Below, one piece after another: positions 20,670-34,239 of a stretch of DNA of 64,000 nt; positions within the stretch are counted from its first letter, which is position 1; every line of letters begins with the position of its first letter. The stretch spans positions 99,882,001 to 99,946,000 of the forward strand of contig NC_135808.1 of the NCBI RefSeq assembly GCF_964213995.1, read 5' to 3'. Source of the DNA: Mustelus asterias (lineage: Eukaryota). Below the pieces are notes generated by a model that had not been told where the DNA came from, searched no databases, and saw only the letters and a program-made list of their open reading frames with translations. The position numbers and the translations under genes are program-made.

Positions 20670-22610
20670 GCACAAAAGAGGGCAGTTCACCCAATGGTAT
20701 CCTTGCAGACTCAGACAAGAGCAGCTCACTTAGTCCCAGTCGCCTGTTTGCCTCCAGAGCCCAGTAACTTTTGTCTATTCAGATAATTGTCCAGTTGTCT
20801 TTTGAAACTGGCCATGATTGAGTCTGCCTCCACCACACACTCAGGCAGTGCATTCCAGAACCTAGCCAATTGTTGCGTATAAACCTTTTTCCTCATGTAA
20901 ACATTGCTTCTTTTGCCAATCGCCTTAAATTGGTGTCCTCTGGTTTCGAACCGTCTGCCAACAGGAACAGTTTTTCCCTGTCCACTCTGTCCCAAACCGT
21001 CTTGATTTTGAACACTGCAATTTAATCTTGGCTTAATCTTTTCTTCTCCTAGGAGACTAGCTTCTTCAATGTATTTGAAGTTCCTCATCCCTGGAACCAT
21101 TCTCGTGGATCTTCTCTGCACCCTTGAATACCTTCACATTCTTTTTAAGGTGTCCAGAACTGGGCACTCCCACAACATTCCAGTTCTGGCTGAATCAATG
21201 TTTTATTCAGATTAATAATAACACCCTTGCCTTTGTATGCTTTGCCCTATTTATAAAGAGCATAAGACATTGGAGCAGAATTAGGCCACTCGGTCCATCG
21301 AGTCTGTTACACCATTCAATCATGGCTGATATTTTTCTCATCCCCATTCTCCTGCCTTTTCCCCATATCCCCTGATCCCCTTATTAATCAAGAACCTATC
21401 TATCTCTGTCTTGAAGACACTCAATGACCCGGCCTCCACAGCCTTCTGCGGCAAACAGTTCCACAGATTCACCACTCTCTGGCTGAAGAAATTCCCCCTC
21501 ATCTCTGATTTAAAGGATCGTCCCTTTAATCTGAGGTTGTGCCCTCTAGTTCTAGTTTTTCCTACTAGTGGAAACATCTTCTCCACATCCACTCTAGCCA
21601 GGCCTCGCAGTATCCTGCAAGTTTCAATATCCTTCTAAACTCGACACAGAATCCTCAACCATTCCTCACACAACAAGCTCTTCATTCCAGGGATCATTCT
21701 TGTGAACCTCCTCTGGACCCTTTCCCAGGCCTGCACATTCTTCCTTAGATACGGGGCCCAAAGCTGCTCACAATACTCCAAATGGGGTCTGACCAGAGCC
21801 TTGTACAGCCTCAGAAGTACATCCCTGCTCTTGTATTCTAGATGAATGGGTGGCACGGTGGCACAGTGGTTAGTACTGCTGCCTCACAGCTCCAGGGACC
21901 CGGGTTTGATTCCCGGCTTGGGAATCGAACTGTCTGTGTGGAGTTTGCATGTTCTCCCCATGTCTGCATGGGTTTCCTCTGGGTGCTCCGGTTCCTCCCA
22001 CAGTATGAAAGATATGCTGGTTAGGTGCATTGACCCGAACAGGCGCCGGATTGTGGCGACTAGGGGAATTTCACAGTAACTTCATTGCAGTGTTAATGTA
22101 AGCCTTACTTGTGACGAATAAATAAACTTTAACTTTAGCCCTCTTGACATGAATGCTAACATTGTGTTTGCCTTCCTAACTGCCGACTGAACTTGCACGT
22201 TAACCTTAAGAGAATCTTGAACAAGGACTCCCAAGTCCCTTTGTGCTTCTGATTTCCTAAGCATTTCCCCATTTAGAATATACCAGGATATGCTTTATTA
22301 TATACCAGGATATGCTTTATTAACTGCTCACTTTCTCAACCTGCCTTACCACCTTCAATAATTTGTACACGTAAACACCCAGGTCCCTCTGCTCCTGCAC
22401 CTCTTTAGAATTATACCCTTTATTTTATATTGCTTTTTCTTGTTCTTCTGACAAAAATAAATCACTTCTAAATTTCATCTGCCACTTGTTCGCCCATCCC
22501 TGCAGCCATTCCATTTCCTCTTGAAGTTTATCACTATGCTCCTAATACTTTGAAGTTTTATGTCACCCGGCATCTTTGAAGTTGTACACCCAATTCCAGA
22601 TCATTAATAC
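20670..22610 (-). mobile_element. Nest of CR1 fragments (20670-21260, 21260-22280, 22320-22610)
   Basis: ORFs 20726..21121, 21338..21592, 21635..21856 and 22082..22264 are CR1 RT C-terminal pieces. Confidence 0.8.
21848..22136 (+). mobile_element. V-SINE type B inserted into a CR1
   Basis: The CR1 sequence ttgtattctag|ccctcttgac is interrupted by the SINE. Confidence 0.85.
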
Positions 22611-22731
22611 ATAACAACTGGTGCGTTCTCCATGGCGACGCCATTACCAGTCAAAGTTCACTTGCCAACCAATGACCATTCTCTTCTCATACGGTATTAA
22701 TTGTTGTTTTCCCCTTATTCTCATATTCCTA

Positions 22732-23020
22732 GGTGGCACAGTGGTTAGCAATGCTGCCTCACAGCATCAGGGACCTGGGTTCAGTTCTCAGCTTAGGTCA
22801 CTGTGTGGAGTCTGCACATTCTCCCCGTGCATGCACTTCCTCCAGGTGCTCTGGTTTCCTCCCACAGTCCAAAAACTTGCCGTTTAGGTGTATTAGTCAT
22901 GTTAAATTCTCCCTCAGTGTACCTGAACAGGCGCTGGAGTGTGGCAACTAGGGGATTTTCACAGTAACTTCATTGCAGTGTTAATGTAAGCCTGCTGTGA
23001 CACTAATAAATAAACTTTTA
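22732..23020 (+). mobile_element. V-SINE type B
   Basis: Head, V-domain and type B tail. Confidence 0.8.
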
Positions 23021-24092
23021 AAAAAACTTCATAAACTTGCAAAGTGTCCTGCTGAGTACAAGAAAAAAAGCTTCAATATATCTCTTTTTTCAGCAATACT
23101 CAAGTTTTGTACAATTAAATGTCTATTAAAATATATCAGGAAAAGCAGGGGGTGGTATCACTGACCTCAGGGGAATTGCACTGTATACCAATCCAAAAAA
23201 CAACCATATGCTACTATTCTCTGTTTCCTGTTACTCAGCTAATTTTTTATCCATGCTGCCACTGTCCCTTTTATTCCATGGGTGCTGACAAGCCTGTTAT
23301 ATGGCAGTTTATCAAATGCCTTTTGGAGTCCATATTCATCATAACAACCACATCATCCTCATCAGCTGTCTCTGTTACCTCTTACCTCATCAAAAAACTC
23401 AATCAACAGCTTTTCTTAATCAAAAGTAGAAAATGCTGGAAAATCTCAGCAGGTATGACAACATTTGTGGAGAGAGAATAGAGCCAACATTTCGAGTTTG
23501 GATGACCCTTTGTCAGAGCCATATTATTGTTTCTAAAAGCATTCCCACCATCGAGGTTAAACTGGCTGGCTTGTAGTTACTGGGTTTATCCTTTCTTAAG
23601 TAAAGGTGCCTTGCAACATTTGTAATTCTCCAATCCACTGGTACTACCCTTTTACCTAAGGAGGACTGAAGGATTATGGCAAGTGCCACTGCATTATCCC
23701 CATTACGTCTCTTAGTATCCTTGGATGCACCTCATCCTGTCCTTGTGACTTGTCAACTTTAGGTATGCTTAATGTCATGAAGTTTAAGCAAAATAGCAAG
23801 AAGTATATCATTTGAAATGATATCTGAATACATTGACAATGGCCATTTTACAAATATGTATATTCAGGATGAGAGACAGAATCATAACCATAAACATGTT
23901 TAATTATGTACTCATGAGCCTGTCCTGGCATAATTTATGGGATCAATTTTTTAAAATGGAGACATAATGAGGGAAAGACAAGAAACAAACAGGTGTGTTT
24001 GGGGTTGGGGGGTGGGGGGTGGGGGGGTGGTGGTGATTGAGTATGGAGTCAGAATCATAGAAATGTGTGGCACAGGAGGCCATTTGGCATAG

Positions 24093-24220
24093 CAGACGAG
24101 ATTTTACGGCTGCACTCGTCCCGAAACCGTAAAATCCTATCCGAGGTCAACGGACCTTTCCATGGTCTGCCCCTCGCCTGCTCCGATTCCCGTGGCGGGC
24201 AGGGCAGTAAAATCCTGACC
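24093..24220. mobile_element. Short MITE-like element with GATTTTAC/GTAAAATC inverted repeats
   Basis: Inverted termini, interrupts a CR1 tail. A related copy lies in the opposite orientation at 40580-40682. Confidence 0.6.
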
Positions 24221-24444
24221 ATCATGGCTGTCCTGGTTGAAAGGGAGTTATCCAGCCTAAACCCTTTTCCAGCTCTTTGTCCATAACCTCATTGGCTACC
24301 ACATGTAAAGTGCAAAGCCAATGTTTCATAAAATGAAATGAAAGCTTTTAGAATTAGCACTTGTTTAGGTAATGGGTTCCAGATTCCCTTCTTCCTCTGA
24401 GTGGAATTATTTCCCCTCATGGGTAGTACCCATGGTCGGCTTAT

Positions 24445-25560
24445 GATGAAAGTGAGGAGTGTGGGATAGAGGGAAAGTTGGCCGATTGTATAGGTAACTG
24501 GCTATCTGATCGAAGACAGAGGGTGGTGGTGGATGGAAAATTTTCGGATTGGAGGCAGGTTGCTTGTGGAGTGCCGCAGGGATCAGTGCTTGGTCCTCTG
24601 CTCTTTGTGATTTTTATTAATGACTTAGAGGAGGGGGCTGAAGGGTGGATCAGTAAATTTGCTGATGACACCAAAATTGGTGGAGTAGTGGATGAGGTGG
24701 AGGGCTGTTGTAGGCTGCAAAGAGACATAGATAGGATGCAAAGCTGGGCTGAAAAATGGCAAATGGAGTTTAACCCTGATAAATGTGAGGTGATTCATTT
24801 TGGTAGGACTAATTTAAATGTGGATTACAGGGTCAAAAGTAGGGTTCTGAAGACTGTGGAGGAACAGAGAGATCTTGGGGTTCATATCCACAGATCTCTA
24901 AAGGTTGCCACTCAAGTGGATAGAGCTGTGAAGAAGGCCTATAGTGTATTAGCTTTTATTAACAGGGGGTTGGAGTTTAAGAGCCGTGGGGTTATGCTGC
25001 AACTGTACAGGACCTTGGTGAGACCACATTTGGAATATTGTGTGCAGTTCTGGTCACCTCACTATAAGAAGGATGTGGAAGCGCTGGAAAGAGTGCAGAG
25101 GAGATTTACCAGGATGCTGCCTGGTTTGGAGGGTAGGTCTTATGAGGAAAGGTTGAGGGAGCTAGGGCTGTTCTCTCTGGAGCGGAGGCTGAGGGGAGAC
25201 TTAATAGAGGTTTATAAAATGATGAAGGGGATAGATAGAGTGAACGTTCAAAGACTATTTCCTCGGGTGGATGGAGCTATTACAAGGGGGCATAACTATA
25301 GGGGTCGTGGTGGGAGATACAGGAAGGATATCAGAGGTAGGTTCTTTACGCAGAGAGTGGTTGGGGTGTGGAATGGACTGCCTGCAGTGATAGTGGAGTC
25401 AGACACTTTAGGAACATTTAAGCGGTTATTGGATAGGCACATGGAGCACACCAGGATGATAGGGAGTGGGATAGCTCGATCTTGGTTTCAGATAAAGTTC
25501 GGCACAACATCGTGGGCCGAAGGGCCTGTTCTGTGCTGTACTGTTCTATGTCCTATGTTC
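24445..25560 (+). mobile_element. Young 5'-truncated CR1 LINE (RT C-terminal half, open frame)
   Basis: ORF 24478..25743 has [17 protein letters not shown] and RPHLEYCVQFWSP, followed by a (TTCTATG)-like tail. Confidence 0.93.
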
Positions 25561-26911
25561 AATTCCTCTCTAATTTTCTGCATTTTTGGCAACAATGGCA
25601 ACCCTAATTACCTTTCTCCTTATCTCCCTCTCCCTTGGCTGCTGCCGGCTGATGGCCTTGTGGTCTGTGTTATTGTGTGGCCATGGTCCTCTGGCGAATC
25701 CTGCCCTCCATTGTCCAAGGTTGCAAACATATTGGGTTTATAAGACCCATTACAAATCCAGAAAGTGAATTGTGTGAGGATGGCAGGCAAAGATACCAGC
25801 ACCTTTTTTTTTCATGACCTTCATTCATACAGCAGTGCCTCTGAACAATGAGAATGTATGACCCTCCCATTGGCCAAACCCAGAATTCCTCCCATCCCTC
25901 AGAAGCCTCCTCTTACAATATTTGGATCCCCTTGGAGCTTAAACATTCCAAGCAGCCATGTCAATGACATGCAGAATGAGATGCTGCATCTGCAGCCCAT
26001 CCGCTTCCATCCTTCCTCTGTCCCCCTTGAGCTTCCTCCCTTCACCCTTGATCCACCCACTACCACCCTGCTCCTTCCGGGAACCTCCAACCATCGCTCT
26101 TGACTCAGAATCAATGACCCTTGAGCTTCTGTCTCTCATTCTTGACCCCCCTCCCCCCACCCACCTGACCTACCTGTCATCATCCTGGAGCCTCCCTCCA
26201 CCATCTTTGACTTGACCTTGGTATCCCTTACCAATCCCTCAGGGACCTTTGATCTGCCCTGTGGCTGAATCTTCCCTGCTTCAAGCTTGATATCCCTTCT
26301 CTGACCACTGACTTGCCATGTATGGTACAACTGCTTCCCTTTGACACACAGGACCAGACCTCTGCAATGACCCACCTTATGAGCAGAGCCTAGTTCTCTT
26401 CGGACACCTTCTTTCTTCCCACCTCACTCCCACACTTGCTTTATTGTACTGCTCTTTTAAGATCCGACAACCACCACCCCCGCTGCTGCTCCCTGACCAT
26501 CCTGCTTCTCCCGCTTCCCTCCACTTGCCACTGAGTTGGATAAAGACAAAACCTTGGCTCTGATCCAAATAATGAAAAACCTCATCATGTCATCTCTAAG
26601 CTGTCAGGAGGCTGGAGACACAAGTTTCCTGTGTGCTGCTTACTTAATTTGGTGAATTTGGTGAAGTTCCCACTGAATGAGTATTCATGGTTTGCAAACA
26701 CGCGGCAATAGGTTGCTGATGGCCGCTCCACCGCTATCCCACTGCCGACTGAGTTTCTCGAATTCAGCTCCCATCAAGAAACTGAAATTTCAGCTCCTGC
26801 CTAACGAAGACTCTCCGCCCGCCTCATCTCCTGCAGCTGCAGGCCCCATTAAATTCACCCTGTGTGTGAAGTGACACATTCACTTTTTTTCCTCAGCTGA
26901 CAAGAGATTAA

Positions 26912-27175
<264 letters not shown>

Positions 27176-27320
27176 TAACTTGTTTGGGAATATTTCATTT
27201 TAAACTTTTAAATAACTCAATGAACATTTGTGGGATATGAGGAGGAAGCAATAGGCACCAATGCGCTGTTCTACAACTTTTGTACATCTTAAGAATCGTT
27301 AGTTTGATTTAACCATAGTC

Positions 27321-27500
27321 AGAGTTTTAACAACACCAGGTTAAAGTCCAACAGGTTTATTTGGTAGCAAACGCCATTAACTTTCGGAGCGCTCCGAAAG
27401 CTAATGGCATTTGCTACCAATTAAACCAGTTGGACTTTAACCTGGTGTTGTTAAACCTCTTACTGTGTTTACCCCAGTCCAAAGCCGGCATCTCCACAAC
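27321..27500. repeat. Spacer-less 140-bp palindrome of Penelope-like family B repeat
   Basis: 70-bp arms (27321-27390 and 27391-27460) with 5 mismatches, centred on GGAGC|GCTCC. Confidence 0.85.
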
Positions 27501-28372
27501 ATGTTAAGCATAGTCAACAGAGATCTGACATGAATTTATCAGACATAGCCAGCAAGGATACTGGAAGCACACCGCATAGTAACTTTCAAAACAATACTGG
27601 ATATATACTTGAAAGGGAAAAAAATTGCTGTGGGGGAAGAGCAGAGTTGTGGGAGCCAGTGCAGATATGATGGATGGAATGAGTTCCATCTATGGTGTAT
27701 TAGTCTATGATAAACAGAAATAGATGCTGAGCCAAATAGGAGGTAATAACCAAAATCTCAGTGAAAAAATGGTGTTTTAAGGAGATTATTAAAGGCATAA
27801 AGAGGTGGAGAGGCAGGGTTTAGGCAGGAATTCCCATGTATAAAATGTGGACAATTGGAGGAATGACTGCCAATGGTGGGGTGAAGGGAGGGAGATACAC
27901 AAGAAATCTGAGTTGGAGGAATCAGACTTTTTGAAGGATAGTAGGGCTGGAGAAGATTGCAGAGATAGTCTGGGGTGAACCACAATGGAATTTGAGCATG
28001 AGGATGAACATTTTAAAGTTGAGGCTTTTGAGGACTAGGAGCCAATATATAGAAGTGAGCACAATGCACATGGTAACATAGCAATTTTGGGGGACACTAA
28101 CTTTCATATAAATTGAGCAAGCCATATTTTCATTAATAATGTGGAAGGCAAGTTCATGGAATTAATTCAAGACGGTGTTCTAGATCAGTATGTCAGGGAA
28201 CAAACTAAGGAACTAATTTAGCTCTAGTGTTATGCAAAGAGATGGGGTTCATTAACAACCTTGTGGTAAAGGAGCATTTGGGGAAGAGTGATCATAATGT
28301 GCTGTAATATATTGAGTTTGAGGTGAAATTAGGATTTATAATCTGAAAAACAAACAACCTAAGTACGAATCT

Positions 28373-29590
28373 GGGAGTATTTCAGATCCGACTTTTAGAC
28401 CCATTCTCAGACCCTCCCATATGCACTCTGTCTGCAAAAATATCAGCGATTCCGAATCGCGCCGCACAAGCCCGTGGGTGGGGCTTAACACGCCTGAAAC
28501 CCTGCAGCTCCGATTGGTGCCTCCAACTGCTCATGCGCAAAAAAAAATGATAGAATGCTGCTCCCCTGCCATATCCCTCCCGGGCCGGATAACGCTTCTC
28601 CCTGGCCCCCACAGACATTGCCCCACCTCCACAACATTACTGACCCCCTTACCCCCCACTACCCAGACCGATCGAGGGGCCCTCCCCCCCCCCCCCCCCC
28701 TTGATCTCAGGCAGAGTGGCAGCAGACCCTCCTTCCCATCCCACAGTGGACCCTTCCTTCCTCTCCACTGATCTCAGGTGGAGTGGCAGCGGACTCCCCT
28801 CCCTCCATTGATCTCAGGCAGTCTGGCAGCGGACTCCCCTTCCCCTCCACTGATCTCAGGCAGCGGGGCAGCGGATCCCGCCCCCCCACCTCCGCACCAC
28901 CCATCTCAAGCAGAGAGCCGTTGGACGCTCGACACCTACCTCCTCACTAACTGGAGCGCCCAAATCGGACTTATATGGAACATATCTGTTTCGTGCCAAT
29001 TCTGGATGGGTGAACGCGGTGATAAAGGGGGCAGTGCCGGTAAGGTTGGGCATGCAGCCTATTAGGTCAATTTAAATGGCGGCATGGTGGCACAATGGTT
29101 AGCATCGCTGCCTCACAGTGCCGGAGACCCGGGTTCGATTCCAGCCTCGGGTCACTATCTGCATGGAGTTTGCACATTCTCCCCATGTCTGCGTGTGTTT
29201 CCTCCGGGTGCTCCAGTTTCCTCCCACACTCCAAAAATGTGCGGGTTAGGTTGATTGGCCATGCTAAATTGACCCTAGTGTCAGGGGGATTAACAGGGTA
29301 AATACATGGGGTTACAGGTATAGGGCCTGGGTGGGATTGTGGTCGGTGCAGATTCAATGGGCCGAATGGGCTCCCTCTGCACTACTGGGATTCTATGAAA
29401 TGCATGCAAATGCATTTAAATGGCTGTCGTGCCCATTTTGGGTGTGGTCCCGATCATGGCCACTTTCGGGCCTTGGTAAAGGGGGAACTGGCGCAGAGGC
29501 AGGCACGGATCGCACTACTCGCCTCATGCCCAACTTTACCAAGTTTTCATGCCCGAAAACGGGTGCAACGCGATGGTAAAATCGGACCCC
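28373..29590. mobile_element. GC-rich non-autonomous DNA-transposon-like insert with an internal ~40-bp minisatellite and a nested HE1 SINE
   Basis: Interrupts old CR1 sequence. Right end GTAAAATCGGACCC. gatctcaggcag..ggcagcggac units at ~28700-28880. Confidence 0.5.
29077..29397 (+). mobile_element. HE1-type V-SINE (type A)
   Basis: Full-length head to GGATTCTATG tail. Confidence 0.85.
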
Positions 29591-30239
29591 TAGGATCTGT
29601 TTTCATCATAACAGATAAAGAAACATTCTGGACGTAGTAAAAAATCAAAGGTCAAGTGAAAATGAGAAATTTAAGGATATAGTATTTGTAAAAAAATAGC
29701 ACTGGTGAAATTATTGGGACTAAAAGCTGACCAATACCTTGACCTGATGATTTATGCCCTAGTGTTTTAAAAGACATGACGCCTCTGATAGTTGTTGATT
29801 GGTTTTGATTCCTTAGATGCTGGAATAATCCCAGTAGATTGAAAGCCAGCAAATTCAAAAAAATTAGCGTCAGCTGCAGAGAAAATGGAAGAACCTATTA
29901 TTAGGGGCTGAATTCTGCAGAATGTCCTTAGTTTTGCTCGTGACTGTCTTAATGGTGTGCCACTCTCAGAAACACCTTTAGTCAAAATCTTAGGGTCAAC
30001 CCTGTGCACCATATAACCTATTTCAGTACTTCAAGTGACAGAAATAACTGCAACACCCTTGTATTTGTTTGTTGCCAGCTCCTGGATCCAGTCTTCATGT
30101 CCCTTTTTTTTCAGCTGCACCACACTTCTCCCTCCAGTAGAACCTGGTCATGTGGACTAGTTTTCACACTGGCTGGAGGTTACTTGACATGGGCCTGTTC
30201 ACAGCCTGGTTCATTTAATCACTTGATTTAGAAGGTACA

Positions 30240-30950
30240 ACTCTGCAGGAGCAGAAGGACCTCAACATATATGTGCGTAAGTCATTGAAAGTTGCAGGAC
30301 AGGTTGAGAGAGGAGTTAATAAAGCTTACAATATCCTAGGCTTTATAAATAGGGGCAGTGAGTACAAGAGTAAGGAGGTTAGTTTGAACTTGTGTAGGAC
30401 ACTAGTCTGGCCTCATCTGGAGTGTTGCGTTTAGTTTTTGGTGCTGCACTTTTGGAAGGCATTGGAGAGAATCCAGAAAAGATTCATGGAAATAGTTCCA
30501 GGAATGAGGAACTTCAGATATGAAGATATATTGAAGAAGTTAGGATTGTTTTTCTTGGAGAAAAGAAAGTTGAGAGGAGATTTGACGGGTGTTCAAAATC
30601 ATTAGGAGTCTGGATAGATAGATAAGGAGAAACTTTCCACTCACGAAAGGATCAAGAACGAGAGGGCACCCATTTAAAGTAATTTTCAAAAGAAGCCAAA
30701 GTGATACAAGAAAAAGCTTTTCACACACCGAGTGGTTAACATCTGGAATACCGTGGCAGAGAGTGGTGTTGGCAAGTTCGACCGAGGCATTCAAAAGGGA
30801 ATTAGATTGTTATTTGAAGAGGAAGAATGAGCAGGGTTACGGAGAGAAAGCAGGGGGCAGCACTAATTGAATTGCAGATTCAGAGAGCTGGTGCTGACAG
30901 GATGAGCCGAATGGCCTCCTTGTGCACTGTAATCATTCCGTGACTCTGTA
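30240..30950 (+). mobile_element. Decayed CR1 3' fragment
   Basis: Recognisable CR1 RT C-terminus and gatgagccgaatggcctcc tail. Confidence 0.75.
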
Positions 30951-31769
30951 ATAATTTTGTGGTTCTGTGCGGTTCCCCAAACTCATTGTTCCCCCCTTGA
31001 GAAATCATCTCCAGCTGCTGCCCAACAATTGCCATTGATCCCTGGGACAGGGACTGGTACAAGCACCCATCTCTGCTGCCTTTGACCAAACTCCAGCCAC
31101 TCGCCCCACTGCATGTGCTCCGCCGCCTTCAGCCATGTGCTGACTCACAAACAAGGCAACAATATATTCCACAGCTTGAGAAGCAAGGGAGGTAGGAAAT
31201 GGAGCAGTCTTAGGGATACAAGGGTCTTAGGAATAAATAATTAGTTTTGGAGGATGTACAGCAAAATGGTGGGATATGCAGCAGATTGGCATTTGGTATG
31301 GCAGATTTAGCTTTGTTCAGAGGACAGCTTGTGTCATTTAGTAGCAGTTATGGAATTCAGGTATTTTGGGGAGATGGGAGTACTGCAAAATGAAACATAG
31401 TGCTTGGTCGGATTGGAATTGGATAAAGGTTTTGATTTACTGTATGATTGCTGTAGTCTGGTTGTGGTGATGTGACAAGCAACAAATTGAATTGTTGTTT
31501 TGGCTGTAGTGGTAGGAGATCCAGTGATTGGAAGTAGTGGCTCCAAGATATGATAGCATCATTGAGTATTTTGGCAGCAGGTGTCTTTGAGCATTGCTGG
31601 GAGTGGGCAGCAGTTTGTTAATGGCTTTTAGGAATTGAATACAATGAAAGGGAATGCTGGATTTGGGGAGAATTCAGCTGATGATTGTTGGTGGTAGGGA
31701 GATTCTGTCAGTTTTTGGATTGAGAGGCTTTTGACCAGCACCAGAGGCTTCCACCACGGGGAGTTAGAA

Positions 31770-31940
31770 GTAACAAAAAGCAAAAAGGGGTGTCAAGGGG
31801 ACAAAACAAGGAAACTAAAAACAAAAAGAGGGTCAAGATGGAAGGGAAAGTTCACAGTCTAAAGTGTTGAACTCAATGTTGAGTCTAGAAGGTTGTAATG
31901 TGCCTAATTGGAAGATGAGGTCTTGTTCCTCCAGTTTGCG
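31770..31940 (-). mobile_element. Inverted partial copy of the Penelope-like element 3' coding end
   Basis: Reverse complement of ~32700-32870 (ctcatcttccaattaggcacattaca..ccttct.gactcaacattgagttcaacac). Confidence 0.75.
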
Positions 31941-32464
31941 CAAGAGCATTAAGGGGAATTGAAGCAATTTGCCCAGACCTTCAGTCTGTTATCACAAGAG
32001 CCGTGGTTGTCTCTCTTCACACTCTCACTTTCCCTCGAAGTCTGATAAAGCAAAAAAAAGTCTGTATTCCTCCTATGTGTATCATTCAATGCTTCTACTC
32101 TTGGAAAAAGCCAATAGTTACAGGGAATTCCTGAAGTAGAGTTGTGGCAGGAAGTGGATTAATTTAAGCAGCCCTGATTTCTGATAAGACGGGGGTGAGC
32201 CTGGGTGAGATGCTCTGTTGGAGAGTCAGTGCAGACTCGATGGGCTGAATGGCCACCTTCTGCACTGTAGGGATTCTATGCTTCTGTGCCTCTTTTATAC
32301 TCAGACAATAAATGAGGGATAACAGAAAGAAAGAGGTATAGGGCGAGGCCACAAGAAAATAAGATTTATAGTTTCACCTGAGTCCAGAGTCCAGAATCAA
32401 AAGTCCATTGGTATATTGCTTCAGATATAAATTTGATAAGGTAACCATGCTGATGTAGACATCG

Positions 32465-33218
32465 GTGAAGCAGCATTTCACTTGCATCTTCTTTAATTTG
32501 GTCTGCTGAATTCATTGCTCCCAGTGCAGTCTCCACATTGGAGAGACTAAAAAACATTTGGGTGACCGTTTTACTGATCACCTTCACTCTGTCCTCAAGC
32601 ATGACCCCAACTTTCTGGCCACTTGCCATGTCAACTCAGCATCTTGTTCTCATGCACACATGTCTGTTCTTAACCTGCTGCAAAGCTCTAGTGGTGCCCA
32701 GCCCAAACGGAAGGAACAAGACCTCATCTTCCAATTAGGCACATTACAGCCTTCTGGACTCAACATTGAGTTCAACACATTTAGACTGTGAACTTTCCCT
32801 TTCATCTTAACGCCCCTTTTTGCTTTTTGTTTCCTTAGTTTGTCCCAATGCAAACACCCTCTTCCCCCTGCCCCACCTCACAGGGCCATCTGTCACTTGT
32901 TTTTGAGTTTTGCTTCCACTGAGCACTGACCTTAGTTCACCTATTAACACATTCTGCTATCTTTCTTTTATGCCACTATTAGCATTCTTTAGTCCTTAAT
33001 CATTAACACTCCCTTTGTCATGGTCCATGACATCTTTGTCAATCTCTCCTATTTATGATCTTCTATTCTGCTCCACCTCCTCTACAGCTTTCATTCATTA
33101 CATTTCAATCCCTTTTCAGTTCCAAAGAAGTCGTATGGACTTGACATGTTATTTCTGGTTCTCTCTCCACAGATGTTGCCAAACCTGCTGAGTTTATCCA
33201 GCATTTTCTGTTTTTATT
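32465..33218 (+). mobile_element. Decayed Penelope-like element: GIY-YIG endonuclease C-terminus plus terminal repeat
   Basis: HFTC..NLV..IHCSQCSLHIGETKKHLGDRFTDHLHSV...EQDLIFQLGTLQPSGLNIEF is typical of the PLE GIY-YIG domain. Ends in the family A repeat. Confidence 0.82.
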
Positions 33219-33399
33219 TGTGACATATATTGTCCCACGGATGGGACAACGGTTATAACGTGGGCATATTTAATTGAAAAAATAAGATATTAAGTTATGT
33301 TATATACTTACTTACTGGAAATTGGGAGCATTGTTCTATTATGCCTTATTACCAGGAGAAAAATCAATATTTTTTAAAGTACTTAACTTCTTTGAACAG

Positions 33400-33468
33400 C
33401 TACATGGTTGGTACCTGTGTAATGGAACAATTACAAGCCATTGGTGTATTTTTATCTGCAACAAGTGG
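33400..33468 (+). CDS. ARMH1: ARMH1 coding exon 2 (YMVGTCVMEQLQAIGVFLSATSG)
   Basis: Resembles human [30 protein letters not shown] branch site plus aacag acceptor, gtaagc donor, 69 nt, phase 2/2. Confidence 0.88.
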
Positions 33469-33987
33469 GTAAGCATTGACTTAACCATTGCAATAATGTT
33501 CATATCATCAATAGTTCCTCATCTTTAATTTTGGTGGAAAAGGTGAATTTTTCAGTTGTTACCTAAGGCACATTGCTGGGAAATAAGGCCCCTGATCCAA
33601 GGCCACCGCAAATGCTACTTGAAACTGGTTCTTGAAGGTGAACATACTTATAGTGGTCTGTCACTCACTTTCTATGGAACTTCAGGAAGGTACTTGTCTT
33701 CCACTCCATATTTTGTTACGAAAATGCAATTGAGACTGAGAACTCATTAACACTTTAATTTCATAGCAGTAACATATTTTTCTGTCAATATAATTATGTT
33801 AAATTTGTGAAACTGTGTCATATGAGTTTTTTCAGATGAATGTTTTGAATTGAACTGTTCTTTTTGGTTAGTGTAGATAAAGTTTAAGTATATTCAGTAC
33901 AGTCTGAGGAACATTGTTTATTCATATGAAGGCGTGTTCTTTATATTTTCTACAGTATCTGTATATATGTTTGCAGAAATTGGCTAA

Positions 33988-34239
<252 letters not shown>

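Noticed and set aside
22277-22322. 22-bp tandem duplication (tataccaggatatgctttatta x2)
   Set aside because: Simple local duplication at a junction between CR1 fragments; no evidence of function.
24001-24035. G-run tract with G-quadruplex potential
   Set aside because: Low-complexity tract of a common kind; nothing supports a role.
25560-25743. Hydrophobic C-terminal extension of the 421-aa CR1 ORF
   Set aside because: Read-through past the element's end into flanking DNA, not a fusion protein.
28700-28880. Regularly spaced repeats superficially like a CRISPR array
   Set aside because: Eukaryotic minisatellite with C-rich non-unique spacers; no cas genes.
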